DNA of 64,000 nt from Centroscyllium fabricii (taxonomy: Eukaryota): positions 87,668,001 through 87,732,000 of the forward strand of contig JBNRSN020000017.1 of assembly GCA_051313645.2 (NCBI GenBank). The letters are read 5' to 3'. Every line of letters begins with the position of its first letter. The first letter of the stretch is position 1. Under the pieces are notes generated by a model. It ran no database searches and was not told where the DNA came from. It worked only from the letters and a program-made list of their open reading frames with translations. This document shows positions 1-11,728 of this stretch, piece after piece. Both the position numbers and the translations under genes were made by a program.

Positions 1-932
1 GTGGAGGTTTAATCGCCCATTCTGGCACCCATTTTGCCCAGCTCAATTTAGGCGCAAATTTCCTGCCAATCGCATTAGCATACGTCACAGTGCAAAAATC
101 AACAAAAGCAATCAGGGCCCGAGGAAAGCGTGCAACTCACACCAGAGATTCACTTCTTCAAGAAATTAAAAATTCCAAGCCATCTAACCATCATTTTCAT
201 GCACATTAGGCACAACATGTTTGTAAAAGCTTTTCAATCTTTAATGTGATTTACACTGATATCATTAAAACAGAAAATATAGGGCAGGTCCCAGTGAAGG
301 TAAAGAATGAAAAAGCTCAAAATAATTACAGCAAAGCAGCAGGAAACTGACTCTCGCCGCGCCAAAATTTTGGCCATTTAGAAGCAGCATAATTGCAGGA
401 AATTTGCGTGTGTGGCTCATTAGTCTGGGGCCGGAGCCATTATAATGAGCCGAGATGGGTTCCTACGCACTGATTGACTGGTGGGCGTAAAAAGAATGAG
501 GAGATTTGGTCGTAGCTTCATTATGTGCAGAACACACGTGCTCTCAAACCCGGGTTTGCTCGCTCTTGTACGCCGCGTATTTGCTTTATGCCCCGATGAC
601 ACTTGAAGCTGGGCGCAAACACACAGGATATTCCAGCCCGTGATTTTTAGTTCCGTCACCCCTTTGCTTTTTTTATTTTCATATTACCCATCAAGACCGG
701 CACTGATTGAGTACTCGTGGGCGATGCTTCCTCAAAGCTTTTTTTGGGGGGCTGCGAGGCCCATTTAATGCCGTCCATTCAAATTTCCACGCATGCGCGG
801 TTTGTCCATTTAAATGCCGGTGGGCTGGCTGCACGAGAACTCCAGACCGCTGCGTGACCACGCCGTTTAACAGAAACATTGCTCATGGGTACTTAAAAGC
901 CCGTAGAGCATGGAAATCAGGAAGCACCTTTT

Positions 933-1332
933 CGGCACGGTGGCATAGTGGTTAGCACTGTTGCCTCACAGCACTGGAGACCCGGGTTCAAATCCAGCTT
1001 CGGGTGATTATCTGTGTGGAGTTTGCACATTCTCCCCGTGTCTGCGTGGGTTTCCTCCGGGTGCTCCGGTTTCCTCCCACAGTCCAAAGATGTGCGGGTT
1101 AGGTTGATTGGCCATGATAAATTGACCCTTAGTGTTAGGGGGATTGAATATGTGGGGTTACAGGGATAGGGTGGGATATGTGTCGGTTCAGGCTCGATAG
1201 GGATCGCGGGATATGGGGACAGGGTACTGGGTTTGGATGATCAGCCATGATCTCATTGAATGGTGGAGCAAGCTCGAAGGGCCGAATGGCCTACTCCTGC
1301 TCCTAGTTTCTATGTTTCTATGTTTTCTATGT
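933..1332 (+). mobile_element. HE1-like V-SINE (tRNA head, V-domain, CR1-type 3' tail)
   Basis: A-box-like TGGCATAGTGG and B-box GGTTCAAATCC; V-domain TGTGTGGAGTTTGCACATTCTCCCCGTGTCTGCGTGGGTTTCCTCCGGGTGCTCCGG; tail GCCTACTCCTGCTCCTA followed by (TTTCTATG)n; six near-identical copies in the window. Confidence 0.9.
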
Positions 1333-1358
1333 CTCTGAGGTTATTGATAAGGCATCAA

Positions 1359-1489
1359 TGGGGACAAGGCAGGGACAGGGTGCTGGATTTGGATGATCAG
1401 CCATGATCTCATTGAATGGCGGAGCAGGCTCGAAGGGCCGAATGGCCTACTCCTGCTCCTATCTTCTGTGTTTCTGTGTTTCTATGTTT
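1359..1489 (+). mobile_element. Second 3' tail copy of the same SINE/CR1 family
   Basis: Repeats 1213-1330 (GATCAGCCATGATCTCATTGAATGGCGGAGCAGGCTCG...). Confidence 0.8.
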
Positions 1490-1644
1490 TCACACAATGG
1501 GTAATAAAAATCTGGATTGTCGTAAAAATCCATCTAATGTCCTTTAAAGAAAGAAATCTGCTGTCCTTACCTCGTGATTCCAAATCCACTTAACTACCCT
1601 CTGAATTGGCCAAATGCTGTGGCTGCTGGGGGGCAATTGGAGCT

Positions 1645-1800
1645 TTTAAGACTGAGATCGCTAGATTTTTGTTGGGTTAAGAGTATCAAGGGATATGGAG
1701 CAAAGGCGGGAAAATGGAGTTGAGGTACGGATCAGCCACGATCTCATGGAATGACAGAGCAGGCCCGAGGGGCTGAATAGCCTGATCCTGTTCCAATGTT
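1645..1800 (+). mobile_element. Old CR1-type LINE 3' end
   Basis: TTTAAGACTGAGATCGCTAGATTTTTG...AAGGGATATGG...GGGCTGAATAGCCT resembles other CR1 3' ends in the window. Confidence 0.65.
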
Positions 1801-2610
1801 CCTTTGTTTATGGGCACTTACTTGTTGAGACTCTCTCTACCACCTGGCCTGAACTTTCGGCCTTTGTGGGCCACATGGTGTCTACCTCAGAGCCCCAGGG
1901 GCCACGTGTAAAGCTTAAATCCATGCTCCCATTTATCTGGCTAGGTTTCTGGCTGCGGATAAAAGCAGAGCACCGGTGTTCCGATTCAGGATTTATCCGC
2001 CAGTGAGGCAATATAGCTGACAACAGTCCTTCCAAGCCCACACAATTCAAACAGAATAAAACAGCGAATAAGAAATATAAGCACAAAGACGACTGAGGTG
2101 CCTCCACTTTGTGGCCCAAGGTTTGGGTGGGAAAGAGGGGAAAGTGCTCCACAGGCAGCAGTTTCAACATCCTGGGGTAGAAATTGGTATGGGTTGCGCT
2201 CGCATTTTTGGGCGTAAAACGGGCGCACAGCATACCAATTTCGCAGCGAGGCGGCCTGTGCCCAATCTTCACAGGTGTTGGTCCCATTGCTAAATTTATT
2301 GGGCCGTTTTATTAAGACATTCCAGACGGATGCCTAAAACAGGCATTTGGCACCTTGAATATTTAAACGAGGGGCCTGGCCCCTTTGAGTACCCCTTTTA
2401 GAAATTATTCCAAATCTCCGCGGTCAGCAAGCAAAGACAGGTTGTGAAAAACTTTTATAATTAAAAACTGTTTCCGTGGAGCGTCGCCCCGCTGACATCA
2501 CAGGAGCAGCAATCACCCCCCTGCCCCATGCCAATCCCCCCTCTCCCCTCTCCTCCTGGGACATACCTGAGGGCTGCTACCAGCCAGGGAGGTGGCTGGA
2601 ATTGAACCCT

Positions 2611-3230
2611 TATTCATTCACAGGATGTGGACGTCACCAGCAAGGCCAGCATTTATTGCCTTTGAATTCTTGAATACAACTGAGTGGCTTGTCAGTTAAG
2701 TGGGTTTGGAGTCACATATAGGCCAGACCAGGTAAGCACAGCAGATTTCCTTCTCTAAATCCAGTAGTTTCACAGTCACCATTACTGATACAGGTCTGAC
2801 ACCGTTAATCCGGCATGGTCGGGACCAGGCTGGTGCCGGACTAGTGAAAAATCCGAACGACTGAAGCTTCGGCGACCATTCCAAATGGTCGCCGCGCACG
2901 CTGGTGGCCATTTTGAATGGGCTGCGCATGCGCTTGCCGAAGCATCAATCATTCGGTCTAACTCAATAGGAGTCGGGGAGAGGCCCGGGCATGCGCAGCC
3001 AAATGCGGCGGCAATTTTACGCATGCGCAGATCAGTCGGGGAGAGGCCCGGGTTTGTGCCGGACGACTGAAGTTTCCGGATTAACGGTGCCGGACCTGTA
3101 CTAGCTTTTATATTCCAGATTTATTTTGTTGAATTTTAAAGTACCCAGCTGCTGTGGTGGGATTTGAATTCATGGATCATTAGTCCAGGCCTGTAGATTA
3201 CTAGTCTAGTAACATCACCACTATGCTACC
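2611..3230 (-). mobile_element. tRNA-derived SINE with LINE-like tail, interrupted by a MITE
   Basis: Minus strand begins GGTAGCATAGTGGTGATGTTACTAGACTAGTAATC and ends GGCAATAAATGCTGGCC...GTGAATGAATA; homologous to 40720-41785. Confidence 0.7.
2791..3098. mobile_element. Tigger/pogo-like (Tc1-mariner superfamily) MITE
   Basis: TIRs CAGGTCTGACACCGTTAATCCGG / CCGGATTAACGGTGCCGGACCTG; TA target duplication at 2789-2790 and 3099-3100. Confidence 0.85.
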
Positions 3231-4189
3231 TTACCCATTGCCCGTGGGGGTGCAGCCAACGCTGACAACTCCAGCCAAGTGTGCACACTGATGAGGCCTG
3301 AAAACCGGTTTCCATCGCTCCCCAGGCATGTTGTTTCGGGCGCATGCTGGTCGCACAGCGCCAAGGCTGGCCCCAGAAAACAGATCCAGGCCCATTTCCA
3401 GTCCCTTCGCTCTAATATACAGCACTTCCACCCACACACAACATATGGTTGGAATAAGTTAAAGAAGATACAGCCAATATTTTTGTTAAGCAGATGCTCA
3501 ATGTAGTACGTCTGAGGAATATTAATATCAACCTACGAGCAATGGAAGGTTATCAATGTCAAATCAGTCTTCTACTTAAATGGAAACAATTATGCAAATA
3601 TTCAAGGTCTGAATCAGGTAGAGGTAAAGCTGGGGCAGGAATCTAAACATTACAAACACATCTCACCCCCTGGTTTTCTTCTCTTGCTGCTGTTCAAAGT
3701 GCCTTCGCACAACAAGTGAATTGATTCTCTTCTTGGATGGTGAATCCCCTTATTTTTTTCCCCCAGAGACCGTAGCCTCTCCATTATTCAGTAATCTGTT
3801 GCCTTCCTTTGAGTCCTTTCCACTGCCTCAAGGACGTTCCGCGAGTACAAATTACAGACCCTGATCGCAGGGCCAATGAGGGCGACTTTTTTTTAAAAGT
3901 TCGCCACCCTGGCTGTTCCAATCACATAGCTCACAGATGCAAAATGACCCATCAGTTCAAAGGTCGGGACCTCATTTCATGGCCAGCACCCTCTCACCCT
4001 CTAGCGAACTAGCTTGTCTGAAACAATCTAGACACCTCGTAAAAGCTACTGTGGGTGTTGCACAGCTGCATGCAAAATATCAGAGAGGCGACTTGAGAGA
4101 CAGCTTTTATTTCTTTTTTTGCAAGGATGTTTGATATCCCGGCCAACAACATCATAGTTTTTTGGGGTGGGAGGAACGTGAGCAGTCAG

Positions 4190-4915
4190 AAAGTTTGATT
4201 TTGATTTGATTTGATTTTGATTTGATTTTGATTTTATTGCCATATGTAACTGGTACAAGGGAATGCTTACTCCCCACTCACTCCCACATGTAAGTATAAA
4301 TATAAAAAGCAGAAGTAAAAACAAATACAGGTTGAGCACCGGTAATCCGGCACCCGATGGTCCGGCAGCTTCAGTGGTTCGGCACGATTGGAAACCGGCA
4401 CTCTTCATTTTGCGGAGCAGCTGCTCGGCGGCGCCACCGGTTCCTGCGAAGGGTGAGCGAGCGCCGAAAGCGTTGAGCATTTGGGTTTCTGTTTTTTAAG
4501 GTTTTGTAAGTGTTCTATCCCCGGGATCCCTCCCGGGGATTGTTCTATCCCCGGGCTCCCTCCTGGGGAGTGTTCTACCGCATGCTCCGGGCCCCGGGGA
4601 GTGTTCTACCGCGCGCTCCCCCCCCCCCCACCGAACCTTCAGTGGTTCGGAATTTTCAGTAGTCCGGCACCAGCCTGGTCCCGAAGGTGCCGGATTAACG
4701 GTGCTCAACCTGTATAGATGTAGACACAATAAGCAAATAAACAAACAAATAAGTAACAAGTGCGATTAGCAGTTCAGTAAGCGCACTGCCTGTGGGTAGA
4801 AGCTGTTCTTGAACCTGCTGGTCCTGGTTCGGATGCTGCGGTACTGACGGCCGGACCGCAGGAGGGAGAACAGATCGTGTCCAGGGTGATTGGGGTCCTG
4901 GATGATGGAGCGGGC
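4190..4915 (-). mobile_element. Rex1/Babar-like LINE 3' fragment, interrupted by a MITE
   Basis: (TTTGA)n tail at about 4193-4232; GGGTAGAAGCTGTTCTTGAACCTG motif shared with the Rex1-like copy at 24743-25455. Confidence 0.6.
4328..4712. mobile_element. Tigger/pogo-like MITE
   Basis: TIR CAGGTTGAGCACCGGTAATCCGGCACC / GGTGCCGGATTAACGGTGCTCAACCTG; TA TSD; internal 30-bp tandem repeat (GTGTTCTATCCCCGGG...) about 4 copies at 4510-4620. Confidence 0.9.
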
Positions 4916-5090
4916 CTTGGTTGGGGGGGGGGGGGGCGGTGTGGTAAGTGGAGTAAGACAGACACTTCAATGCCAATTTTAACCTTGCCCACTCAGCGGA
5001 ATCAGCGTGCAGTTAAAATGGCCCCTGGGACTTAGCTGCACTGATCTGGCTGCCGACTCGTGGGTTCTAATCTTAACCTGCTCGGCTTAA

Positions 5091-5490
5091 GGGGCGGCAC
5101 GGTGGCAAAGTGGTTAGCACTGTTGCCTCACAGCACTGGAGACCCGAGTTCAAATCCAGCCTCGGGTGACTATCTGTGTGGAGTTTGCACATTCTCCCCA
5201 TGTCTGCGTGGGTTTCCTCCGGGTGCTCCGGTTTCCTCCCACAGTCCAAAGATGTGCAGGTTAGGTTGATTGGCCAGGATAAATTGACCCTTAGTGTTAG
5301 GGGGATTGAATATGTGGGGTTACGGGGATAGGGTGGGATATGTGTCGGTGCAGGCTCGATAGGGATATGGGGACAAGGCAGGGACAGGGTGCTGGGTTTG
5401 GATGATCAGCCATGATCTCATTGAATGGCGGAGCAGGCTCGAAGGGCCGAATGGCCTACTCCTGCTCCTATCTTCTATGTTTCTATGTTT
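5091..5490 (+). mobile_element. HE1-like V-SINE
   Basis: Full-length match to 933-1332. Confidence 0.9.
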
Positions 5491-7560
5491 CTGCGCGGGC
5501 GGGAGGGACATGCGTCAGAAGGCAGTGGGGTCCTTCTTTAAATATTCAGATCAGGTTCTTATGGCATCATCAGAGCCCCACTGCCATTTTAACTGGCGGT
5601 CTGTGTGGGGGTGGGGGGGGGCCGGGGCAAGTGGTTGGCATTTCCTCACCAGGCCAACCTATCAGGAAGAGCAGCCTGGGGCACAAGGAAAGCTTGGGCC
5701 TGCCCTGCCCTCGGGTTTCCCCCCTTCCCCCATCCACGAGGCTTTCCCACAACCCCCACACCCCACCCCGCCCCACCACAACCACTTACCTGAGTGCCGA
5801 GTGGACTGCTCCTTCGGGTCCACGACAGGGGCCTCCTGCCACCCTACATTGTGGTCCTGCCCACCAGGTACCTGCCACATCTCGCCGGGTGCGGCCAACG
5901 CAGGTGAAGCCTGGGAGTTAAAATCCGCCGGGAGCCTCACGTTGCAGGGATTTGGACGGTTTGCCATCCACCTCGGGCCCCACCTTGTACAACTCCTGCC
6001 CCCAGTTAAATTCCACCCTTCAGTTGGAGAGGAAGGAGCAGGCAGGTCTAAAGATTGGTGCTCTGATTCAGGAATTCTCCACCAGTGAAGAAATATTGCG
6101 GATAACAGCCCTTCCAAGCCCACACAGTTAGGGGCAGCAGCAAACACTCAGCTGGGCAAGGAGGAAGTGGAAAGATAATCAGGTGGGGCAACAAGACGGG
6201 CAACGGGCAGGTTTCTCAACCTCTCACGCTCCTGCAGGATGTAGCAGACCTTTTCTGAAGGTGTGTTGATTGCTAATTGGGCATCTATGAAATAACACTT
6301 CCATATTTTTCTAGATTTCATTGTCAAGTGATGAGAGTGAGCCAGTCACTTAAATTGCTGTGGATTTAAATCATGTAATTCCCCAATCCGCCATTTGGGA
6401 ACAAATTATTGACTAATAAGAGAAAATGTCAAAAATTCTTGGGACAAAATGTAGAAAAGGACAATTCCTGTTGGCTATGTGCAGCATTAAGGAGGAATGG
6501 GACGTCGGCAGGCTCTTAACTTTGAAGGGGGTGCGGGGGAGGGGGGGCGGGGGGGAAGGGAGAGGAATGCGCCCATCAATTGTCTCGTCATATAGTTGTC
6601 GTTAAAGTTGATGGAGGAAGATGCCTGTTGGTGAGTAATAGTCATTGGGGAGAAAATGGAGTGAAAATGTGAAGAGCCAGAAATAATAACGTCGAACACC
6701 ACTGGGTCATAATCATGGAACTCCCTACCTAACAGCATTGCAGGACTGCGGCGGTTCGAGAAGAAGGCCCACCGCCACCTTCTCAAGGGCAACTAGGGAT
6801 GGGCAATAAATGCCAACCTTGCCAGCAATGCCTGCACCCCGAGAATTAATAATTTAAAACACTGACTGGAATTGTGGGTCCTTGACATTTCTCGAGTGTA
6901 TTTTAAAAGCTCTTTAAGTCCTCCTAGTCTGTTAGAGACCCAGTATGTTATATAAATATATATATATATATATAGTGGTTCCACAATATAATGGTACTGG
7001 GGGGTTTACACTGCAGCTCAGATTTGGATATAGTAGCAATATTGAAACAGCTGCTATCATCAGTCTAAAACAGGAACTGTGCATGTGTGAGGTTGTGAAT
7101 GCAAAGTTATTCAAATGCCACAACGGTGACTTTGAGCCTCTGCTCCGAGCCTTCCCCAATGAGGAGGGGTAGAGCTTTTATTCTCAACTTGTATCGAGTA
7201 CTTTTGTAGCGCAAGGTTGAATGAAAAGGAGAGGCTTTGAGTCAGCATTATACAGAACAACTGTCCAACCTCTGCTAGTAAGCACACCCTCCGTGCTGTG
7301 GCTGGAACAGCCACATCAAACCAGTCGATGCCTCGTCAGACACTGGTAGTTCAGAGAATATCACAGAGGGTGTGTTTACACTACAACTGTGGTATTGGTG
7401 TGAAGCAGTTTTGTTGGCACCGACACTGCAGTTATGATCTAAATCCATCTTCAATATGGAGTTAGGTTCTGGCCCGATACCAGAGTGAAGCAATGTGAGA
7501 GTCCCTATCAGACATAGTCTCACTGTTCAACAGTTCAAGCTCTGTGGCCTGATTTACACT

Positions 7561-7979
7561 CCAAGGGTAAAGGGTTAATGCCATTTACAAAAGGTTGCAG
7601 TGTAAAGAGTGAATGCCTTTTGCAGCAAGCCCAGTGTAAAGGGTTAATGCATTTTACAGAGGGCCCCGTGTAAAGGGTTAATGCCTTTTACAGAGGGGCC
7701 AGTGCAAAGGGTTAATGCCTTTTACAGAGGGCCCAGTGCAAAGGGTTAATGCCTTTTACAGATCCCAGTGTAAAGGGTTAATGCCTTTTGCAGCAAGCCC
7801 AGTGTAAAGGGTTAATGCATTTTACAGAGGGCCCCGTGTAAAGGGTTAATGCCTTTTACAGAGGGGCCAGTGCAAAGGGTTAATGCCTTTTACAGAGGGC
7901 CCCGTGCAAAGGGTTAATGCCTTTTACAGATCCCAGTGTAAAGGGTTAATGCCTTTTGCAGAGGGCCCAGTGTAAAGGA
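7561..7979. repeat. 31-34 bp minisatellite, left part
   Basis: Unit GTGTAAAGGGTTAATGCCTTTTACAGAGGGCCCA, about 12 copies. Confidence 0.95.
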
Positions 7980-8225
7980 TGTGGTAACCGTAATTACCAG
8001 TGTATATATATGGATGTGTTCACCTTCAACTCTGTACATTGTGTGCAAGGCCAGGTCAGCCACACCTCTAACTCCTCCCCTCAGGTGGGAGCATATAGGT
8101 GAGGGCCGCCCTGCCCCCGCTCATTCTCGCCTTGAACTCGACAGGAGACTAGCTCCATTGTAAGTGAATAAAAGCCTGTAGTTTGGGTAACTACTTGTCT
8201 TTCGTGTTTGATTGACGATACGTCA
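7980..8225 (+). repeat. 5' LTR (246 bp)
   Basis: TGTGGTAACC...ATACGTCA; TATA-like CATATA near 8092; AATAAA near 8167; last 78 bp repeated at 11651-11728. Confidence 0.9.
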
Positions 8226-8249
8226 ATTTTATTCACTTAAATTTAAAAC

Positions 8250-11200
8250 ATGGAGAGTAACGCAGTGAAACCGGATTGCCTCGATATCAATCCTCAGGCA
8301 CCCGATGCTGCTAACAACTTCGAACACTGGTTCGGCCTGGTCGAGGCCTACATGAAGGCTGTAAAGGCTACAAGTGATGAGGACAAACTCCAGGTACTCT
8401 CATCACGGATCAGCGGCCGGGTGTATTCCTTTATCCGCGGCCTCAAGACGTACCGGGAAGCGATGAAGAAACTAAAGGACTGCTACATGCGCCCGGCCCA
8501 CTTGGTCTATGCCAGGCATGTTCTGGCGACCAGACAACAACGACTCGGTGAGTCCAATGAACAGTTCTTACTAGCACTTCAAGCCCTCGCACGGGCCTGT
8601 GACTGCCAGCCAAGGACGGCGGAGGAAGAAGCGAACCTCCAAATACGGGATGCATATGTGGCTGGACTCAGGTCCAGCCAGGCCCGCCAGCGGCTACTGG
8701 AGCAGGACACACTGTCGCTTGAGTCTGCAATAACTCTTTCAAATGCGGTGGACGGAGCGCTCCGAAAGCTGGAGGCGTACGGAGACCACGGCCCACACGA
8801 TACCCCTGACCCCTGGGCGACACCGCGACAGGCCGAGACCCCCATGGTGGCACCGGCGGCTGCGAAGACACTGGCGGGGCACAGATGTTACTTCTGCGTA
8901 CAAGGGAAGCACCCGCGGGCGCAGTGCCCCGCAAGGAACGCGACCTGCGAGCAGTGCGCAAAGAAGGGGCACTACGCGAACGTGTGCAAGTCCAGCCCAG
9001 CCTCCGTCTCCAGACCCAACAGCGCGGCCTGTGAAAACAGCGATGCCACTCCATGGCCCAAAGTAAGGTGTTGCAGCGCGACCCAGCAGCGGTCAGCCGG
9101 GGGTAAATTGCGGGCGCCTCAGTCCCCCTTAACTGTACGGCGGAGGCCGGCCGCGCGCGCGGCACGGGTGCCGCCACTCCAAACACGACAGCGGACGGCC
9201 ATATGCAACCCCCTGGCGCCGCCATCTTATCCTCAGCGGTCGGCCATGTGCGACCCCCCGGCGCCGCCATCTTTTCCACCGCGGTCCGCCGCGTGCGAAC
9301 CATGGGCGCCGCCATCTTATCCTCAGCGGTCGCCGATGTGCGACCCCCGGCGCTGCCATCTTGTCCACCGCGGTCCGCCGCATGCGAACCACGGGCGCCG
9401 CCATCTTGTCCACCGCGGTCGGCCGCGTGCGAACCACGGGCGCCGCCATCTTGTCCACCGTGGTCCGCCGCGTGTGAACCACGGGCGCCGCCATCTTATG
9501 CACCGCGGTCAGCCACGTGCGAACCACGGGCACCGCCATCTTTTCCACAGCAGCCAGACTCGAGCACATTGCCAGCGCCGCCATCTTACGAGCGGCCATC
9601 TTGCCAACTGCCCCGGCCGGGGCCCCAGCTAGCGGAGGGCCCCCACTCACACACATACACCTCGGCCTCAGCCACTGTCGATCAGGCTAGGCCGCACACC
9701 TTGTCCAACTCCATGATGGGGATTAAGGTGGACAGGCACGTCACTAACTGCCTGTTCGACACCGGTAGCACAGAGAGCTTTATAAACCCCGACACAGTGC
9801 GGCGCTACGCACTGCGGACCCAGCCCACACACTGCCAAATCTCCCTTGCCTCAAAGTCCCACACGGCGGACGTCACCGGCTATTGCAGCATCACGCTCAC
9901 GATCAGGGATTGCATTTACCGCAACTTTAAGTTGTACATCCTCCAGCAGTTGTGCGCCGCAGTCTTACTGGGACTGGATTTCCAGTGCCACCTGAAGAGC
10001 ATGACGATGGATTTCGGTGGAAACCTGGCCCCCCTCACCGTCAGTAGCCGGGACAATCCCTACTTAAAGCAGAGCTCGACTTGCGGCCTGTCCACATTAA
10101 AAGAAAGTCGACCCCCCCTCACTGTTCGCCAATCTCGACCCCAAATGCAAGCCCATTGCTACTAAAAGTCAGCGTTACAGTGCAGGGGACCGGGCGTTTA
10201 TCAGGTTGGAATTCGGGCGTATGCTGCAAGAAGGGATCATTGAGGCTAGCACCAGCCCTTGGCGGGACCAGGTCGTAGTGGTTAAGACGGGCGAGAAACT
10301 GCGCATGGTCATTGACCCCCTCCCCCGCATCTCGGATATGGTAAACCAGATCGCCCAGTACAAGGTCTTTTCCACAATCAACCTTAAGTCGGCGTATCAC
10401 CAACTCCCCATCTGGAAATCCGACAGCCAGTACACCGCCTTCGAGGCGAACGGCCGGCTCTACCACTTCCTCCGGGTCCCCTTCGGCGTGACCAACAGAG
10501 TGTCGGTGTTCCAGAGGGAGATGGACCGTATGGTTGACCAGAACAGGTTGCAGGCCAACTTCCCCTACCTGGACAACATGACCATCTGCGGCCATGACCA
10601 GCAGGACCACGTAGCCAAACTCGCCAAATTCCTGCACACGGTGAAACGGCTGGATCTCACGTACAATAAAGACAAGTGTGTCTTTAGTACGGATCGGCTC
10701 GCTATCCTCGGATACGTGGTGGAAAACGGGGTCCTCGGCCCCGACCCATAGCGTATGCACCCCTTGCAAGAGCTGCCCTTACCTCACAACCCCAAAGCCC
10801 TGAGGAGATGTCTAGGGTTCTTTTCTTATTATGCGGAATGGGTCCCACAGTACGCCGATAAGGCCAGACCTCTCCTCAAGGCCGACGTCTTCCCCCTCTC
10901 GGAAGAAGCCCAAATGGCATTCGCTCGGATTAAGGAAGACATCATCAAGGCGACCATGCACGCCGTTGATGTGTCCATCCCTTTCCAGGTGGAGAGTGAC
11001 GCTTCGGACTTCACCCTTGCCACCACCCTGAACCAGCGTTTTTCTCCCGGACCCTACAGGGACCCGAAACTCGCCACTCAGCAGTGGAAAAGGAGGCCCA
11101 GGCCATCGTGGAGGCAGTGCGCTACTGGCGTCATTACCTGGCCGGTAAGCGTTTTACCCTGCTCACCGACCAACGGGGTAAGATCAAGAATGATAAGATC

Positions 11201-11655
11201 CTGCAATGGCGGATCGAGCTCTCGACTTACGAGTACGACATTCTTTACCGTCCAGGCAAACTCAATGAACCCCGGATGCACTGTCCAGGGGAACGTGCGC
11301 CAGCGCCCAGCTGGACCGGCTGAAGGCCCTCCACAATCGCCTCTGCCACCCGGGTGTCACCAGACTCGCCCACTTCGTCAAATCCCGTAGCCTCCCCTAC
11401 TCCATCACGGAGATAAAGGCTATGACCAAAGAGTACCCTGCCTGTGCTGAGTGCAAACCCCAATTTTACAGTCCAGACACGGCGCACATCATCAAGGCCA
11501 CCCGCCCCTTTGAACGCCTGAGCGTGGACTTCAAAGGCCCCCTCCCCTCCACTGACCGCAACTCGTATTTCCTCACGGTCATAGACGAGTTCTCACGCTT
11601 CCCCTTCGCCTTCCCCTGTCCAGACATGACGAGCGCAACGGTGATCAAACACTAG
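8250..11655 (+). pseudogene. Gypsy gag-pro-pol, disrupted
   Basis: ORF pieces 8250-9632, 9203-10165, 10206-10751, 10755-11390, 11084-11323, 11422-11655; 1-bp loss near 9345; YLDD changed to YLDN; stop at 10749-10751; integrase truncated. Confidence 0.9.
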
Positions 11656-11728
11656 CTCCATTGTAAGTGAATAAAAGCCTGTAGTTTGGGTAACTACTCG
11701 TCTTTCGTGTTTGATTGATGATACGTGA
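11651..11728 (+). repeat. 3' LTR remnant (R/U5 part only)
   Basis: Near-identical to 8148-8225; joined directly to integrase sequence. Confidence 0.9.

Larger units (their letters stand above)
7980..11728 (+). mobile_element. Ty3/Gypsy LTR retrotransposon, Mag-like, degenerate with internal deletion
   Basis: 5' LTR TG...CA; Gag with two zinc knuckles (CYFC..H..C, CEQC..H..C); protease LFDTGS; RT; RNase H SDAS; integrase HHCC plus first catalytic Asp region; 5-bp TSD AAGGA (7975-7979) / AAGGG (11729-11733). Confidence 0.92.

Noticed and set aside
933-1010. tRNA gene
   Set aside because: A/B boxes continue into the V-domain and LINE tail; it is a SINE head, as in the other copies
5402-6088. 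228-aa ORF as a host gene
   Set aside because: Starts inside a SINE tail and runs through GC-rich repeat remnant; no recognisable domain
9330-9360. Programmed gag-pol ribosomal frameshift
   Set aside because: The shift coincides with a 44-bp unit in a 45-bp array, i.e. a 1-bp deletion in a C-run
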